Shown one piece after another: positions 17,889 through 28,261 of a stretch of DNA of 64,000 nt. This DNA comes from an uncultured Gammaproteobacteria bacterium (GTDB lineage Bacteria > Patescibacteriota > Microgenomatia > PFEM01 > JAPLYW01): NCBI GenBank assembly GCA_965230945.1, contig OZ246397.1:4692-68691 (forward strand). The letters are read 5' to 3'. The notes under the pieces are model-generated. The model was given only the letters and a program-made list of their open reading frames with translations. It had not been told where the DNA came from and ran no database searches. Every line of letters begins with the position of its first letter. The stretch's first letter is position 1. Both the position numbers and the translations under genes were made by a program.

Positions 17889-18743
17889 TTATAATTTAGC
17901 TAAATTGTCAATTACCTGTCGCTTTCTTAGAAGTTGACGGATATAAGCTTTTTGAGCCTGATTTTTAAATGATTCTTGGCTTTCTTTTTCAGGAATAGCT
18001 TGGATCATTTTTTCCACTTGGGCTTCAGAAACCTTAATCTTTTCCTCATCAGCGATTTTAGAAAGAATGAGTTCTAATTTGATAGTTTGTTCGGCTTGTT
18101 TTTGATATTCTCCCTTGATTTGCTCGGCTGTCTTACCTGTAGAAGCAAGGTATTGTTCAACAGTAAGGCCTAGCTGTTTAGTCTGATCAAGCAAGCGAGA
18201 GAGCATTTTATTAACTTCGTCTTGAACTAAAATTTCAGGAAGAAAGAATTTAATTTCTTCGAGAAGTGCTTTGAAGATTTGTTCTAACTTTTTACTTTCA
18301 CCTTCTTGTTTTTTTTGTTCTTTATCTTTGCCCGGCACCCAAATTTTATCTGAAGCCAATGATTTTTTTACTGCTTCCCTGTAATTGCCAAGTTTTATTT
18401 CTGGTAATTCGCAGGTAACGGCTTTGATTTGCCAATCTTTCTTTTCTTGTAAGGAGAGTACGCTTACCTGGGGATTGGCAATCGGTTTAATTTTATGTTC
18501 CTTGACAGCCTCTACATAAAGATCGGGAATAACTTCTTTTAGGATTTCCTGGTAAGCAGCTGTTTTATCAAGCTGTTTTTCGACTAAATTAAGAGGAGCT
18601 TTGCCTTTCCTGAAACCCTTGACAGTAATTGCTTTAGTAAGTTCTTCGAGTTTTTTTTGATAAGCCTGGCTAACCCTTTTCCAAGGAATATTAATGGTGA
18701 GTTCGATTGTTCCGTCAGGAAGCTTGTTTAAAGCTGATGTCAT
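17889..18743 (-). CDS. tig: trigger factor (short form, 284 aa)
   Basis: N-terminal ribosome-binding motif GFRKGKAP plus the trigger-factor C-terminal domain. No FKBP insert. Confidence 0.75.
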   Translation of the reverse strand: MTSALNKLPDGTIELTINIPWKRVSQAYQKKLEELTKAITVKGFRKGKAPLNLVEKQLDKTAAYQEILKEVIPDLYVEAVKEHKIKPIANPQVSVLSLQEKKDWQIKAVTCELPEIKLGNYREAVKKSLASDKIWVPGKDKEQKKQEGESKKLEQIFKALLEEIKFFLPEILVQDEVNKMLSRLLDQTKQLGLTVEQYLASTGKTAEQIKGEYQKQAEQTIKLELILSKIADEEKIKVSEAQVEKMIQAIPEKESQESFKNQAQKAYIRQLLRKRQVIDNLAKL

Positions 18744-18921
18744 CGATGACCTCCCAGACTTCTTACACGGGGGGATGAAGCAGGATTTTTAAAAGAGAGA
18801 TTTTGACGCTCCTTTTTCAAATTTTTAAAAATATCCTTTTTAGGTTTTGGTAAATTACCAGATTTTTTATTCATAAACTTCTTTAATTATAGCATGAAGA
18901 TAGGTTTGTGGAAAGAGAGGA

Positions 18922-19317
18922 TTATGATTTTATCTTGACTACTATTTGGCGGGTGCGCGGTCCATCAAGTTCTACTAAAAAGATCTGTTGCCACCTTCCT
19001 CTAATAATTTTTCCATTTTCAATAATTAAAGTTTTATCTGTCCCTAAAAGTCCACTTAAAAGATGAGCTTTGGCATTGATGTCAATTTGATTATGGGCAA
19101 ATTTTTGATCTTTTATGAGTTGTTTTAAAAAGGAAAGCCAGTCTTTTCTAAGTCGGTTTTCGTTTTCAGTTAGGATAATGGCCGCTGTTGAATGAGGGGT
19201 AAAAATTAAACATAGACCATCAGAAACATGACTCTCTTCTATTAACTTCTCTACTTCCTTAGTGACATCAAGGAGTTGGTATTTTTCGGTAGTATTAAAA
19301 GAAAGTTTTTTAATCAA
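18922..19317 (-). CDS. yjbQ: YjbQ/UPF0047 family protein (secondary thiamine-phosphate synthase-like)
   Basis: 131 aa. ITHLLTG-like core (CLIFTPHSTAAIILTENE). Confidence 0.7.
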   Translation of the reverse strand: MIKKLSFNTTEKYQLLDVTKEVEKLIEESHVSDGLCLIFTPHSTAAIILTENENRLRKDWLSFLKQLIKDQKFAHNQIDINAKAHLLSGLLGTDKTLIIENGKIIRGRWQQIFLVELDGPRTRQIVVKIKS

Positions 19318-19319
19318 GG

Positions 19320-19562
19320 CTATTTTTTCTTAGGAGCTCTAAGGAAAAGTTTTCTCCAAAGCTTTTCTTTTTTTTGAAAGAAAAGTAGATAAACTATTTC
19401 TAGAATACCGAAAAGATTAACGATTAAAATGGCGATGAACCAAGCTTTTTGTTTGTCTTGTGCAGCTCGCCATAGAGCTAGTCCCTTCCAAATTAAGCCC
19501 CAGATTAAAAGAAAAATAAAACGGGGATCATTGATGTTTAAAAATTGATTTATATTTTCCAT
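19320..19562 (-). CDS. small membrane protein (80 aa, 2 TM)
   Basis: ORF with two hydrophobic helices. Translationally coupled to neighbours. Confidence 0.4.
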   Translation of the reverse strand: MENINQFLNINDPRFIFLLIWGLIWKGLALWRAAQDKQKAWFIAILIVNLFGILEIVYLLFFQKKEKLWRKLFLRAPKKK

Positions 19563-19565
19563 TTT

Positions 19566-19904
19566 TTATTCCCCTTCTAGCTCGCTGTCGATTTCATCTA
19601 ATTCTTTATCAATATCGGTAAAATCGGTAGTTTGCAGATCATATTCAATCTTTCCAATTTCATCACTTTCTTGTTGTTGTTCTAGTTTTTCAGTAGCCTC
19701 ATCAAATTCTTCCTGTTCTTCAATAATGCCCCCTTCTTGCATCTCCATCTGTTCTGTTTCTTCTTGTGGTTTTTGTGTTTCTGTTTTTAACTTAAGGATG
19801 TTTTGATTGTTCATCCACAGGAAACCTACACCTCCCAAACAGATGACGGCGATGATAATAAAGAGATACCAGAATTTTTCTAAAAAGCTTTGTTTTTCTT
19901 CCAT
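19566..19904 (-). CDS. membrane-anchored highly acidic protein (112 aa)
   Basis: N-terminal TM, then a Glu/Asp/Gln-rich tail. Confidence 0.4.
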   Translation of the reverse strand: MEEKQSFLEKFWYLFIIIAVICLGGVGFLWMNNQNILKLKTETQKPQEETEQMEMQEGGIIEEQEEFDEATEKLEQQQESDEIGKIEYDLQTTDFTDIDKELDEIDSELEGE

Positions 19905-19908
19905 TTTA

Positions 19909-20499
19909 TCATTCTTCAGTTTCTACTGAAGCCTTGATGCTTCTGATAGTATCTACTAATAATTGGTGAATTTCAATAATTTCTTGCTTTGTTTCCTTGA
20001 TTAGCTCTTTCACTTCTGAAAATATTTCTTTTGGATCTTCTCCCTCAACTACTTCTTCGAATTTTTCTCTAGCCTGCGGGATTAAGTTATAACCTGTTTC
20101 GTCAATTTTTTGCTTAACTGTTTCTATTTTTGTCTTAGCATCGTCAAGCTCCATGTTTTTATTTTTTTCTTCTAATTTTTCTATTCGCGATTCAATTCTG
20201 CTAGTAATTCTTTCTAGCCTGACTAGGGCTGCGCTCAATCTTCTCATCATTTTTCTGAAGCGGCTATTGACAATATTTCTTTTTACTTCGCTTAAACGGC
20301 TGGCTCTGGTAGCAATTTTTTCCTGAATTTGATTTTTAATTACTTCTCTTCGATTCTGTCCTTCTTGAGTGCTTATAGCTTCTACTTCGCTAGCTTCTTC
20401 TACAGCAGCTGGACCAACCTGCTCTGCCTGAACTATAGCCGAAGAGGCGAAAGTAAAAAACAAAAGAAAGATAAGGGTTGCTTTAAAAATGCTTTTCAT
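19909..20499 (-). CDS. secreted coiled-coil protein (196 aa)
   Basis: Signal peptide MKSIFKATLIFLLFFTFASSAIVQA, then heptad-like repeats. Confidence 0.45.
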   Translation of the reverse strand: MKSIFKATLIFLLFFTFASSAIVQAEQVGPAAVEEASEVEAISTQEGQNRREVIKNQIQEKIATRASRLSEVKRNIVNSRFRKMMRRLSAALVRLERITSRIESRIEKLEEKNKNMELDDAKTKIETVKQKIDETGYNLIPQAREKFEEVVEGEDPKEIFSEVKELIKETKQEIIEIHQLLVDTIRSIKASVETEE

Positions 20500-20546
20500 A
20501 ACTTAGTTCATAGTAGAATACTTTTGAAAATCTTGTCAAGGTCTAG

Positions 20547-20942
20547 TTAATCTTCGATTTTAAATTCAATATCCATATCTAGTAGAGGCGGGTTTAGACT
20601 GGCTTCTTTGAGATCTGTTTCTTGAAGTTGTTTATCAATTTCTTTTAAGTCCTGCTCAATTTCCAAAATAGCAGAGTCAGTTGCATAGGATGAAGGGTTG
20701 CTTATTTCTTGAGTAACTTCCTGCCTGGGTGTTGGGGTAATATTTTTTTCTTTTTCTAATAGTTTAATTAGTTTAATTTGAGGCTGTTTAAAACCGAGAA
20801 TAATGGCGATGGTGAGTAAAATAACTAAAGTGCTAGCAAAGACACTAGAGAAAAGGATCAAGAACTTTTTGCTTACTTTAGTCTTTTCTCTTAGTGAGGT
20901 AATATTTTCAAAATTTTGCTTAATGGGTTTTTCAGTCGGCAC
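20547..20942 (-). CDS. membrane-anchored protein (131 aa)
   Basis: One TM near the N-terminus. Overlaps the upstream gene by 11 nt. Confidence 0.4.
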   Translation of the reverse strand: MPTEKPIKQNFENITSLREKTKVSKKFLILFSSVFASTLVILLTIAIILGFKQPQIKLIKLLEKEKNITPTPRQEVTQEISNPSSYATDSAILEIEQDLKEIDKQLQETDLKEASLNPPLLDMDIEFKIED

Positions 20943-21732
20943 TTTTGATCTCCTTGATAACTTCTTGAAGCTGGCTACTGGCTTCCTTTAGGTATTGATG
21001 GGATTCTTCTAATAAAAAGCGAGCTTGATTATAAGTTTTGTTTTTATTTCTGTCTTTAGATTTCATTTTAACTAAAATTTGCTGGGCTTCGAATTCTTTT
21101 TCTTGACTTTTGGTAAGACGCTTTTCAGCCTCGAGCATCCAGCGTTCGGCCTTAGTTGTTTGTTTATCTCCTTTTTGCCTAATGCCCCCTATTTTTTCCT
21201 TAAGAAGATTTATCTGTTCATTTAGCTGATGGCGGTAAGTAGTTTGTTTACCTGCCAAAATAGTTCCCAATGTTTGGTAGCTTAGAACTTCAGTTGTTTT
21301 GTATTGTTCTTTGCTTTTGCCAGCCAGATTAACCAGATCTTCTAAGGTAGCTGCTGTTTTCAAGCTGTTTTTGTGGTCTTGGTACCAACTAACTTCGTGG
21401 TCTAGTTTTAGATAGACAATATTTTGTTCATAGTTAGAGATACCGGTGATATCTGCCAATTTTAATCTTAGGGCTGTTAAATAAGTACTGATAACTATAT
21501 CCTCATCTTGAAGCATCTTTAAAGTTTTTTCTCGAGCATCGTCTTTGCTGGTTAGGGTTTTATAACTAAGATAGGCTTCTTTGGCCGCTACATATTGGCT
21601 ATGTGATTGACGATATTGGTTAAAGTTGAAAAGATAGTCGTCAAAGGCGCGTTGGGAGTCAAACTCTTGAGCATAGATAAAGTTGGTCGTTAAAAAGAGG
21701 AAAATAACAAAAAAAAGAGGCAGGGTTCTCAT
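20932..21732 (-). CDS. secreted protein (266 aa) with coiled-coil C-terminus
   Basis: Signal peptide MRTLPLFFVIFLFLTTNFIYAQ. Confidence 0.45.
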   Translation of the reverse strand: MRTLPLFFVIFLFLTTNFIYAQEFDSQRAFDDYLFNFNQYRQSHSQYVAAKEAYLSYKTLTSKDDAREKTLKMLQDEDIVISTYLTALRLKLADITGISNYEQNIVYLKLDHEVSWYQDHKNSLKTAATLEDLVNLAGKSKEQYKTTEVLSYQTLGTILAGKQTTYRHQLNEQINLLKEKIGGIRQKGDKQTTKAERWMLEAEKRLTKSQEKEFEAQQILVKMKSKDRNKNKTYNQARFLLEESHQYLKEASSQLQEVIKEIKSAD

Positions 21733-21768
21733 ACATTTATTTTACATATTAGAATTTAGTTTGTCTAC

Positions 21769-22983
21769 TTATTCGTATCTTAAGGCTTGGATAGGATTGA
21801 GTTTAGCCGCTTTCCCAGCCGGGACGACGCCAAAAATAATGCCGATAATAACAGAGACAAAGAAAGCCAGCAAGATAGACCAGAAGGTTATGACGGCAGG
21901 GAAGAATTGATTAATTAAAGCCGCGCCAAGAACTCCGATAATAATTCCTGTTATTCCTCCCCCTACTGAAAGGACGACTGATTCAACTAGAAATTGGATG
22001 AGGATTATTTTAGGGGTTGCCCCAATTGCCTTTCTTAAACCGATTTCTTTCGTTCTTTCGGTAATCGAAACTAACATAATATTCATAATACCAATGCCGC
22101 CAACAATTAAAGAGATAGCGGCAATGCCAGCTAAGGCGACCGTTAAAGCACCCAGAACTTGAGCAACGACAGATAAGAGGCTCTCAGTATCAACTACAGA
22201 AAAATCATTATCGTCAAGAGTCCTTAACATAATTTCTTCAGCTTCGATTTTCGCTTGTTCGATAGATTCTTGATCTTTGGCTTGAAGCCAGAAAGCGATG
22301 ATATTTTCCATATCAAAAGTAGTTAAGGCAGTCGTTACAGGAATAAAAATTTGGTTATCAGTATCAACCCCTCCAAGTGTTCCTTGAGGGCCTAGAACTC
22401 CTAAAACGGTAAATTTATTTTCAGAAATGGTAACTTTTTTCCCTAGGGGATCATTTTCGCCAAAAAGTTTTTCGGCTACCGTTTTTCCCAAGATGACAAC
22501 TTTTTTGGCCGCTTCTTGCTGGGAGAGAGTAAAAAAACTGCCACTTTCGGGATATTGATCTCTAATTTTTGTATATTCATAAGTAACCCCCGCAGCTTGA
22601 GTGGTCTGACTTTTTCCTTTATAAGAAACGGTGGCATTGTTTTCCGTATAGGGCATGACCGCTTTAATAGCAGTACTTCTTTGAACTAAATCTCTTCCTT
22701 GCTCGATGGTTAATTTTGACGCCGCCATCCCTGCTCCTTGTATACCGCCTCCTTCTTCGCCTGAACCAAGTTCAAATTCGCCTGGCATAATATATAAAAT
22801 GTTAGCGCCGATACTTTCAAATTGAGCAGTAATATATATTTTCAAACCTGAACCGATAGAGATCAGGAGAATAACCGAGGTTACGCCAATGATTACCCCC
22901 AGCATCGTTAATAAAGAACGCATCTTGTTTGACTTAAGGGTAATGAAAGCTAGCTTAAAGGTCTCAAGCAATTTCTCCATCAT
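21769..22983 (-). CDS. ABC transporter permease, MacB/FtsX family (4 TM with large periplasmic domain)
   Basis: N-terminal TM, about 220 aa periplasmic domain, C-terminal FtsX 3-TM bundle. Confidence 0.8.
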   Translation of the reverse strand: MMEKLLETFKLAFITLKSNKMRSLLTMLGVIIGVTSVILLISIGSGLKIYITAQFESIGANILYIMPGEFELGSGEEGGGIQGAGMAASKLTIEQGRDLVQRSTAIKAVMPYTENNATVSYKGKSQTTQAAGVTYEYTKIRDQYPESGSFFTLSQQEAAKKVVILGKTVAEKLFGENDPLGKKVTISENKFTVLGVLGPQGTLGGVDTDNQIFIPVTTALTTFDMENIIAFWLQAKDQESIEQAKIEAEEIMLRTLDDNDFSVVDTESLLSVVAQVLGALTVALAGIAAISLIVGGIGIMNIMLVSITERTKEIGLRKAIGATPKIILIQFLVESVVLSVGGGITGIIIGVLGAALINQFFPAVITFWSILLAFFVSVIIGIIFGVVPAGKAAKLNPIQALRYE

Positions 22984-23629
22984 AGATCTTAATTATTTTT
23001 TTAGCGTTTTTGGCAATTTGTTCATCATGAGTAACTAGAATAACAGTATTCCCCTCTTTGTTTAATTTTTTAAAGATGTCAATTATTTCTTTGCCTGTTT
23101 TAGAATCTACGTTCCCTGTTGGCTCATCAGCTAAAATAATACTGGGTTTATTAATTAGAGCTCGAGCAATAGCCGTTCTTTGTTGTTCTCCTCCGGAAAG
23201 CTGATTTGGAAAATGAGAGGCTCTTTCTTTGAGGCCTAATTGCCCAAGAGTTTCCATGGCCCTTGTTTTTCTTTTTTCCGAGTCGATGCCAGCATAAATG
23301 AGAGGAAGTTGAACATTATCTAAAGTTGTTGTTCTGGGGATAAGATTAAAAGTTTGGAAAACAAAACCAATTTTTTTGTTTCTAATTTGAGCCAGTTCTG
23401 CTTCAGACAGTTTAGAAACATCTTTATTCTCAAAGATGACTTTTCCAGAAGTAGGGACATCCAGACAACCGGCAATATGCATGAGGGTCGATTTTCCACT
23501 TCCCGAAGGCCCCATAATGGCAATAAAATCGCCCTTTTCTATCTCCAGATTAATTTTTTTTAAGACATGAAGTGGTTGAGAGCCAGTATCGTATGTTTTT
23601 GAAACATTACTTAGCTGAAGAATTTTCAT
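22964..23629 (-). CDS. ABC transporter ATP-binding protein (MacB/LolD type)
   Basis: Walker [10 protein letters not shown], signature LSGGEQQR, Walker [12 protein letters not shown]. Confidence 0.9.
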   Translation of the reverse strand: MKILQLSNVSKTYDTGSQPLHVLKKINLEIEKGDFIAIMGPSGSGKSTLMHIAGCLDVPTSGKVIFENKDVSKLSEAELAQIRNKKIGFVFQTFNLIPRTTTLDNVQLPLIYAGIDSEKRKTRAMETLGQLGLKERASHFPNQLSGGEQQRTAIARALINKPSIILADEPTGNVDSKTGKEIIDIFKKLNKEGNTVILVTHDEQIAKNAKKIIKIYDGEIA

Positions 23630-23631
23630 TT

Positions 23632-24693
23632 TTAATCTTTTTTTGTTTTTTTACGGAGAATGATTATTTGCCCCTCTTCAATTCCTTTTATAATTTCAGT
23701 TTTGGTATCTGTTTCAATGCCTGTTTCTACTTCAATATCTTTGATTTCTTTACCTTCAATAATCTGGACATAACTTTTGTCATTTTTCTCTTTAACGGCT
23801 TCGATAGGAACAGCTAAAATATCCTCTTTACTATCAATAATTATTTCTACATCACCATTCATGCCGACTTTAAATTTAAAATTCTCATTCTGAGGGAGAG
23901 ATATCTCTACCGGATAAGCGGTTCCCCCGCCAGTAGTTCTCACAGAGGAGAAAGAAATTTTATCGATTTTTCCTTCGATTGTTTCTTCAGGATAAGTATC
24001 TAAGATGACATTCGCCTTTTGCCCTAACCTAACCTTACCGATATCGACTTCATCAACATTGGTGGCACACTTCATCTGGTTCGGATCGGCAATCGTAAAA
24101 ACAGCTGTAGCCGGGGTAATATTGACACCGGCAATGGGAGTATCAATACTAGTAACAATGCCTTCTATGGGGGAAGTGAGAGTGGCTAATTTCACTGTCA
24201 GATTGGCGATTTCGTAATCTAAGACAATAGAATCAAGGTCAAATTGGGCTTTCTCTAAAATTCTTTTTATTTCATCAGTGACAAGATGGCTTTCTTTAGT
24301 TTCTTTATAGTCATCGTGGATTTGTTCAAAGTCCCAACGTTCATTCATATAATCTAGCATCTCTTTTTCAAGGGTTTTTTGAAGCTTTCTTTTATCCAAA
24401 GAGGCAATAGCTTGCCACTTTTTAACATAGTCCCCTTCTTTGACGCCTACCCAAGATAAAAGGCCAGAAGTTTGAAATTTTAGATCAACTTGATTTTCGG
24501 ATCTGATAACTCCTGAAGCCATAATAATTTCCGTCAGATCTACTTTCTTAACTTTGGAAGTCTCATAAATAGATTGAGGTTTATAAAAAACAGTCTTTTT
24601 TAAGGAGATAAAACTGACAATGACGACAATAATTGCCAAAAAGACAATGCTTATTTTTTTGTATCTCTTGAAGAAGCTAAAGATTTTTTTCAT
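23632..24693 (-). CDS. HlyD/MacA-family periplasmic adaptor
   Basis: N-terminal TM, coiled-coil hairpin, lipoyl/beta-barrel layout. First gene of the exporter operon. Confidence 0.75.
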   Translation of the reverse strand: MKKIFSFFKRYKKISIVFLAIIVVIVSFISLKKTVFYKPQSIYETSKVKKVDLTEIIMASGVIRSENQVDLKFQTSGLLSWVGVKEGDYVKKWQAIASLDKRKLQKTLEKEMLDYMNERWDFEQIHDDYKETKESHLVTDEIKRILEKAQFDLDSIVLDYEIANLTVKLATLTSPIEGIVTSIDTPIAGVNITPATAVFTIADPNQMKCATNVDEVDIGKVRLGQKANVILDTYPEETIEGKIDKISFSSVRTTGGGTAYPVEISLPQNENFKFKVGMNGDVEIIIDSKEDILAVPIEAVKEKNDKSYVQIIEGKEIKDIEVETGIETDTKTEIIKGIEEGQIIILRKKTKKD

Positions 24694-24805
24694 AGATCGG
24701 TCAAATTATAGCAATAGTAGGACAAAAAAGAAAGACTATTTTTTCTTTTTAAGATAATACCAGGTGAAGCCAATGATGATAATGGCTAGGAAAAAGATGG
24801 CGACA

Positions 24806-25924
24806 TTATTCATACTTGTCCTTTCTTGTAATAGGTTTTTTAATAAAACTAATAGTGGCTAAAAAAGTAGTGATAGGAACTGCTAAAATTAAACCAATAC
24901 TGCCGGTTAAAGCCCTAACTATTTCTTCGCTGATTATTTCATAATTAATAACCTCCTTAAATGGCTGGGGGTTATCAATAAAAAGAAGCAATAGTGGTAA
25001 GGCAGCTCCGGTGTAAACTAAAATTAAGGTATTGATCATTGAGGCGATATGGTCTTTACCGACATTCATGGAGCGGGTGAAGAGTTCTTTTTTGCTGATT
25101 TTAGGGTTGCTTTCTTTTAGTTGTTGGACGATAGCTGATTGAGAAACAGTAACATCATCTAAGATCCCCAAGGTACCAATAATAATTCCTGCCAGTAAAA
25201 TTCCTTTTATATTGAAAAATCCATGTTTGGCGACTTGCAGAAAACCGGCTTCTTCTGAAGCATAGCCAGTTAAATGGGTGAGCTCGACAGCAAACTTGGC
25301 CAGCAAGCCAGTAATTAACAGGGCAATAAAAGTAGAGATGAGAGCAATATTGGTCTTTTTATTTAAACCATGAGAAAGGTAGAAATTAATAGGGAGAATA
25401 ATGAAAGAGGCAAGAATAACGATTAAAACCGGATCTTTGCCAAGATAGATTTGGGGTAAGATAAATTTAAAGATGATAAGAAAAGAAACAGCCAAGCCAA
25501 TTAAGGAAGTTACTCCTCGCCATTTACCAACAGCCGCAGCTAAAATGACAAAAGCGATGAAAAGCCATAGTAGTGCCTTTCTGCGGATAACATCAGCGAT
25601 TAAAAATATTTCATTGCCTTCAAAATCAAAACTTTTGTTAATTAAAAGATTATCCCCTATTTTGTATTTTGTTTGTCCAGCTAAAGGTAAACTACCAGCC
25701 TTAAGAGTTATTAATTGGTCTTTTAAAGATCCTTTGGTGATTAATATTTGTAAGTCCTGAATAAGATTTTGCTGATTATCGACAATTTTAATGTCTTCAC
25801 GGAGGATTTTAGTAATTTTTCCTTCCAGAACTTCTATCTGGCTTGGGTTTTGGGCAAAAACCTTTGCAGGAAGGAGAAAAAGGATTAAAGCCGTTACTAT
25901 TAAAAAGAGTAGTTTTTTAATCAT
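24806..25924 (-). CDS. YibE/F-family membrane protein
   Basis: Signal/TM, soluble N-domain, then about 8 TM helices in the YibE/F pattern (GILDDVTVSQ region). Confidence 0.55.
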   Translation of the reverse strand: MIKKLLFLIVTALILFLLPAKVFAQNPSQIEVLEGKITKILREDIKIVDNQQNLIQDLQILITKGSLKDQLITLKAGSLPLAGQTKYKIGDNLLINKSFDFEGNEIFLIADVIRRKALLWLFIAFVILAAAVGKWRGVTSLIGLAVSFLIIFKFILPQIYLGKDPVLIVILASFIILPINFYLSHGLNKKTNIALISTFIALLITGLLAKFAVELTHLTGYASEEAGFLQVAKHGFFNIKGILLAGIIIGTLGILDDVTVSQSAIVQQLKESNPKISKKELFTRSMNVGKDHIASMINTLILVYTGAALPLLLLFIDNPQPFKEVINYEIISEEIVRALTGSIGLILAVPITTFLATISFIKKPITRKDKYE

Positions 25925-25932
25925 TGTTTCAG

Positions 25933-27381
25933 TTAAAGCCAGCCTAAAAGCATGGCCAATCCCAGTAAGAAGATAATGATTCCAGAGACCAGATGAAGGT
26001 ATCTTATATTTTTATCCTTCCAGCCGGAAACATTTTCCACGGTTGTAAAGCCAATATAACAGATAATGGTTATGGCGATCATGGGGAGAATAAAGATTAG
26101 ATTATAGAGTAAAAGCCAGGGAATGGTTTTAATTAAGGCCAAAGAGGATAAAATACCCCCGCAGATAACATAGGGACCAATGGTGCAAGGAAGTAGAAAG
26201 ATGGTTACTAGAGCACCTATTAAAAAGGCGCTTTTAGGCGAAGTTACCTTAAAGAGGAAATTTTGCATCTTTGGTCGTAAAGACAAAGGCATTTCAGTTA
26301 GGAAACCGCCTGGTTTATAATGGATGAAGTCTTTTAAATTTAAAAGACCCAGGATAATGGCTCCTATTCCTAAAACCTTGTAAAGCCAAAGGCGGATATT
26401 AGTTAAGGCCTGTATTAATTGGAATGATTTAATAATTACCAAGCCATAGATAAGATACATAATGAAGACAGCAGCACTAAAAGCAAGCCCTGCCAGAAGA
26501 ACATTACGTTTTCTCTTTGGAGAGAAGGTTAAAATGGCTAAAAGGATTAATGTTAAGACAGCTAAGGCGCAAGGGTTAATGGCGTCAACAGCAGCTAAGG
26601 AGAGAATTTTAGTCAGTGTAAAACTCTGACAAGCCTCCTTATCTTGTAGATTTTTTTGTACCGGAATTATGGGTGCTTTTTGATCCTCTTTTAGGAAAGG
26701 TTGGCCGTTCCATTGAAAAAGCCAGTCATTAATCTTAATGGCATTTTCAAAGGAAATTTTTTTTCCAGATAGAGGAACTTTTTTTGGTTTAGTAATTTCA
26801 AAATTAATATCTTTAAGTAGCTCTGAAAGGTCATCTGTTAGAAGATTTTTAAGTAATCTATCATCTACATTTCCAGAAGAGCTTATTAAGACTCTTTGCT
26901 TTGTCCAAATGGTTGGCTTTCCTGGTAAAGATGAAAACTTAAGATCTTCAAAACTAATTAATTCCCCATTTGCGGAAGGAAATTTATTAGTTCCTTTTTT
27001 TTCAATAACTTTCTCAATATTTTTAATAATAGGCAAATCTCCTTTTAAAGAATCATCTTTACCAAAGATGATTAAGGGTATACCTAAGCCAGAGTTGTAT
27101 TGTTCGTTATATTGATAAAGCAAGGGGGCATTTTCTTGTTTTTGATAGATTTCGTATTCAAAGACGATAAGATGAGGATACTTTTGAGTCAATTGCTCTA
27201 AAACTATTGGGTCAGCTGTGGCGCAGTGAGGACAACCAATGCCGGTGAAATAAACAGCAGAAAAAGGTTCTTTCTCGCTAGCCGTAGCCTTAGGAATTAA
27301 AAGAAGGCTAATCAAAAAAAGAAAAAAGAACAATAATTTTTTCATTCTTTTTAGGATAAAATATTCTTTGTTTATTTGCAA
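25933..27381 (-). CDS. thioredoxin-fold domain fused to CcdA/DsbD-type transmembrane thiol-disulfide electron transporter
   Basis: N-terminal CPHC redox motif (GIGCPHCATADP). Membrane domain has paired Cys motifs INPCAL and LLPCTIGPY characteristic of CcdA. Confidence 0.6.
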   Translation of the reverse strand: MQINKEYFILKRMKKLLFFFLFLISLLLIPKATASEKEPFSAVYFTGIGCPHCATADPIVLEQLTQKYPHLIVFEYEIYQKQENAPLLYQYNEQYNSGLGIPLIIFGKDDSLKGDLPIIKNIEKVIEKKGTNKFPSANGELISFEDLKFSSLPGKPTIWTKQRVLISSSGNVDDRLLKNLLTDDLSELLKDINFEITKPKKVPLSGKKISFENAIKINDWLFQWNGQPFLKEDQKAPIIPVQKNLQDKEACQSFTLTKILSLAAVDAINPCALAVLTLILLAILTFSPKRKRNVLLAGLAFSAAVFIMYLIYGLVIIKSFQLIQALTNIRLWLYKVLGIGAIILGLLNLKDFIHYKPGGFLTEMPLSLRPKMQNFLFKVTSPKSAFLIGALVTIFLLPCTIGPYVICGGILSSLALIKTIPWLLLYNLIFILPMIAITIICYIGFTTVENVSGWKDKNIRYLHLVSGIIIFLLGLAMLLGWL

Positions 27382-27388
27382 CTAACTT

Positions 27389-27859
27389 TTATTTCTTTTT
27401 GTATCCCCAAGGTTGTCGTCCAAAACCATGTCCCTCATAGTCAATTCGATGAACATTGCCTGATTTACATTTTGGACAAGCCATTTCTACGCCTCGACGT
27501 CCGGTACCAAAAGGAATTTCCCAGGTATACTTACAATCTTCACATTTGAATTTTCTGTTTCTAGTTTGTACCATTTGGTAATCACCCCCTTCGATTCTTA
27601 AGGCTTTACCTTTAATTAAGGCCCTGGTAATTTTTTGAAAAGCGGAAGTTAAAATTCGCTGAAAAGTGCTTTGTGAAACTTTCATTTTTTCAGCCGCTTG
27701 AGTTTGATCTAAATTTTGATCATATCTTAATCTTAAAGCCTCTATTTCATCCATAGCCAATATTTCCTCTTCCAAAATAGATAAAGGAATTCCTCGGGGT
27801 TTAAAATAGATTACCTCTGGATTGAAATCGACAAATCTAGGTTTTTTTGGTCTAGACAT
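27389..27859 (-). CDS. DUF134 (UPF0251) predicted DNA-binding protein fused to a C-terminal zinc ribbon
   Basis: MSRPKKPRFVDFNPEVIYFKPRGIP...LEALRL matches the DUF134 pattern. C-terminal CEDCKYTWE...CPKCKSGN forms a zinc ribbon. Confidence 0.65.
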   Translation of the reverse strand: MSRPKKPRFVDFNPEVIYFKPRGIPLSILEEEILAMDEIEALRLRYDQNLDQTQAAEKMKVSQSTFQRILTSAFQKITRALIKGKALRIEGGDYQMVQTRNRKFKCEDCKYTWEIPFGTGRRGVEMACPKCKSGNVHRIDYEGHGFGRQPWGYKKK

Positions 27860-27915
27860 ACTTTAATACCATGATCTAAGACCACCTAGCTAAAAAGCAA
27901 GGTGGTCTTAGTCTT

Positions 27916-28167
27916 TTATTTTTTGATTTCCTCAAGGCGCTCTTTAATAGCTGTCAGCTCTTCTTCTAGGGCTTTTGTTTCGTCTTCTAGCATTTGGGTT
28001 TCTGATTGGCTATCCATTCTTTGATAAGGTACTCCCCAAGAGCGTTGGCCCCAAAAAAGACCAAATCGAGGCCTTCCTCCCCAAGCTCTACCGACTCCAC
28101 AAGGACCTAATCCTCGACCGGTTAAGGGACCTTGGCCTAAAGGACCTGTTCTGTCAAATCTTGGCAT
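27916..28167 (-). CDS. DUF5320 family protein (Gly/Pro-rich N-terminus, coiled-coil C-terminus)
   Basis: MPRFDRTGPLGQGPLTGRGLGPCG matches the DUF5320 pattern. The second Met is taken as the start. Confidence 0.55.
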   Translation of the reverse strand: MPRFDRTGPLGQGPLTGRGLGPCGVGRAWGGRPRFGLFWGQRSWGVPYQRMDSQSETQMLEDETKALEEELTAIKERLEEIKK

Positions 28168-28261
28168 TTTTTTCACCTCCTTTCTTAATTATATTTTGAA
28201 TATATATTCATTATATGGTTAGGAAAAAGCTTGTCAAGGGGTAATTAAAAATCAAAAGTTT

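Noticed and set aside
23320-23817. Antisense or intragenic ORFs from the track (e.g. 23320..23523 -, 23354..23563 +, 23572..23817 +) and similar short ORFs nested inside longer genes throughout the window
   Set aside because: Embedded in or antisense to strongly supported genes. No start context. Low-complexity translations.
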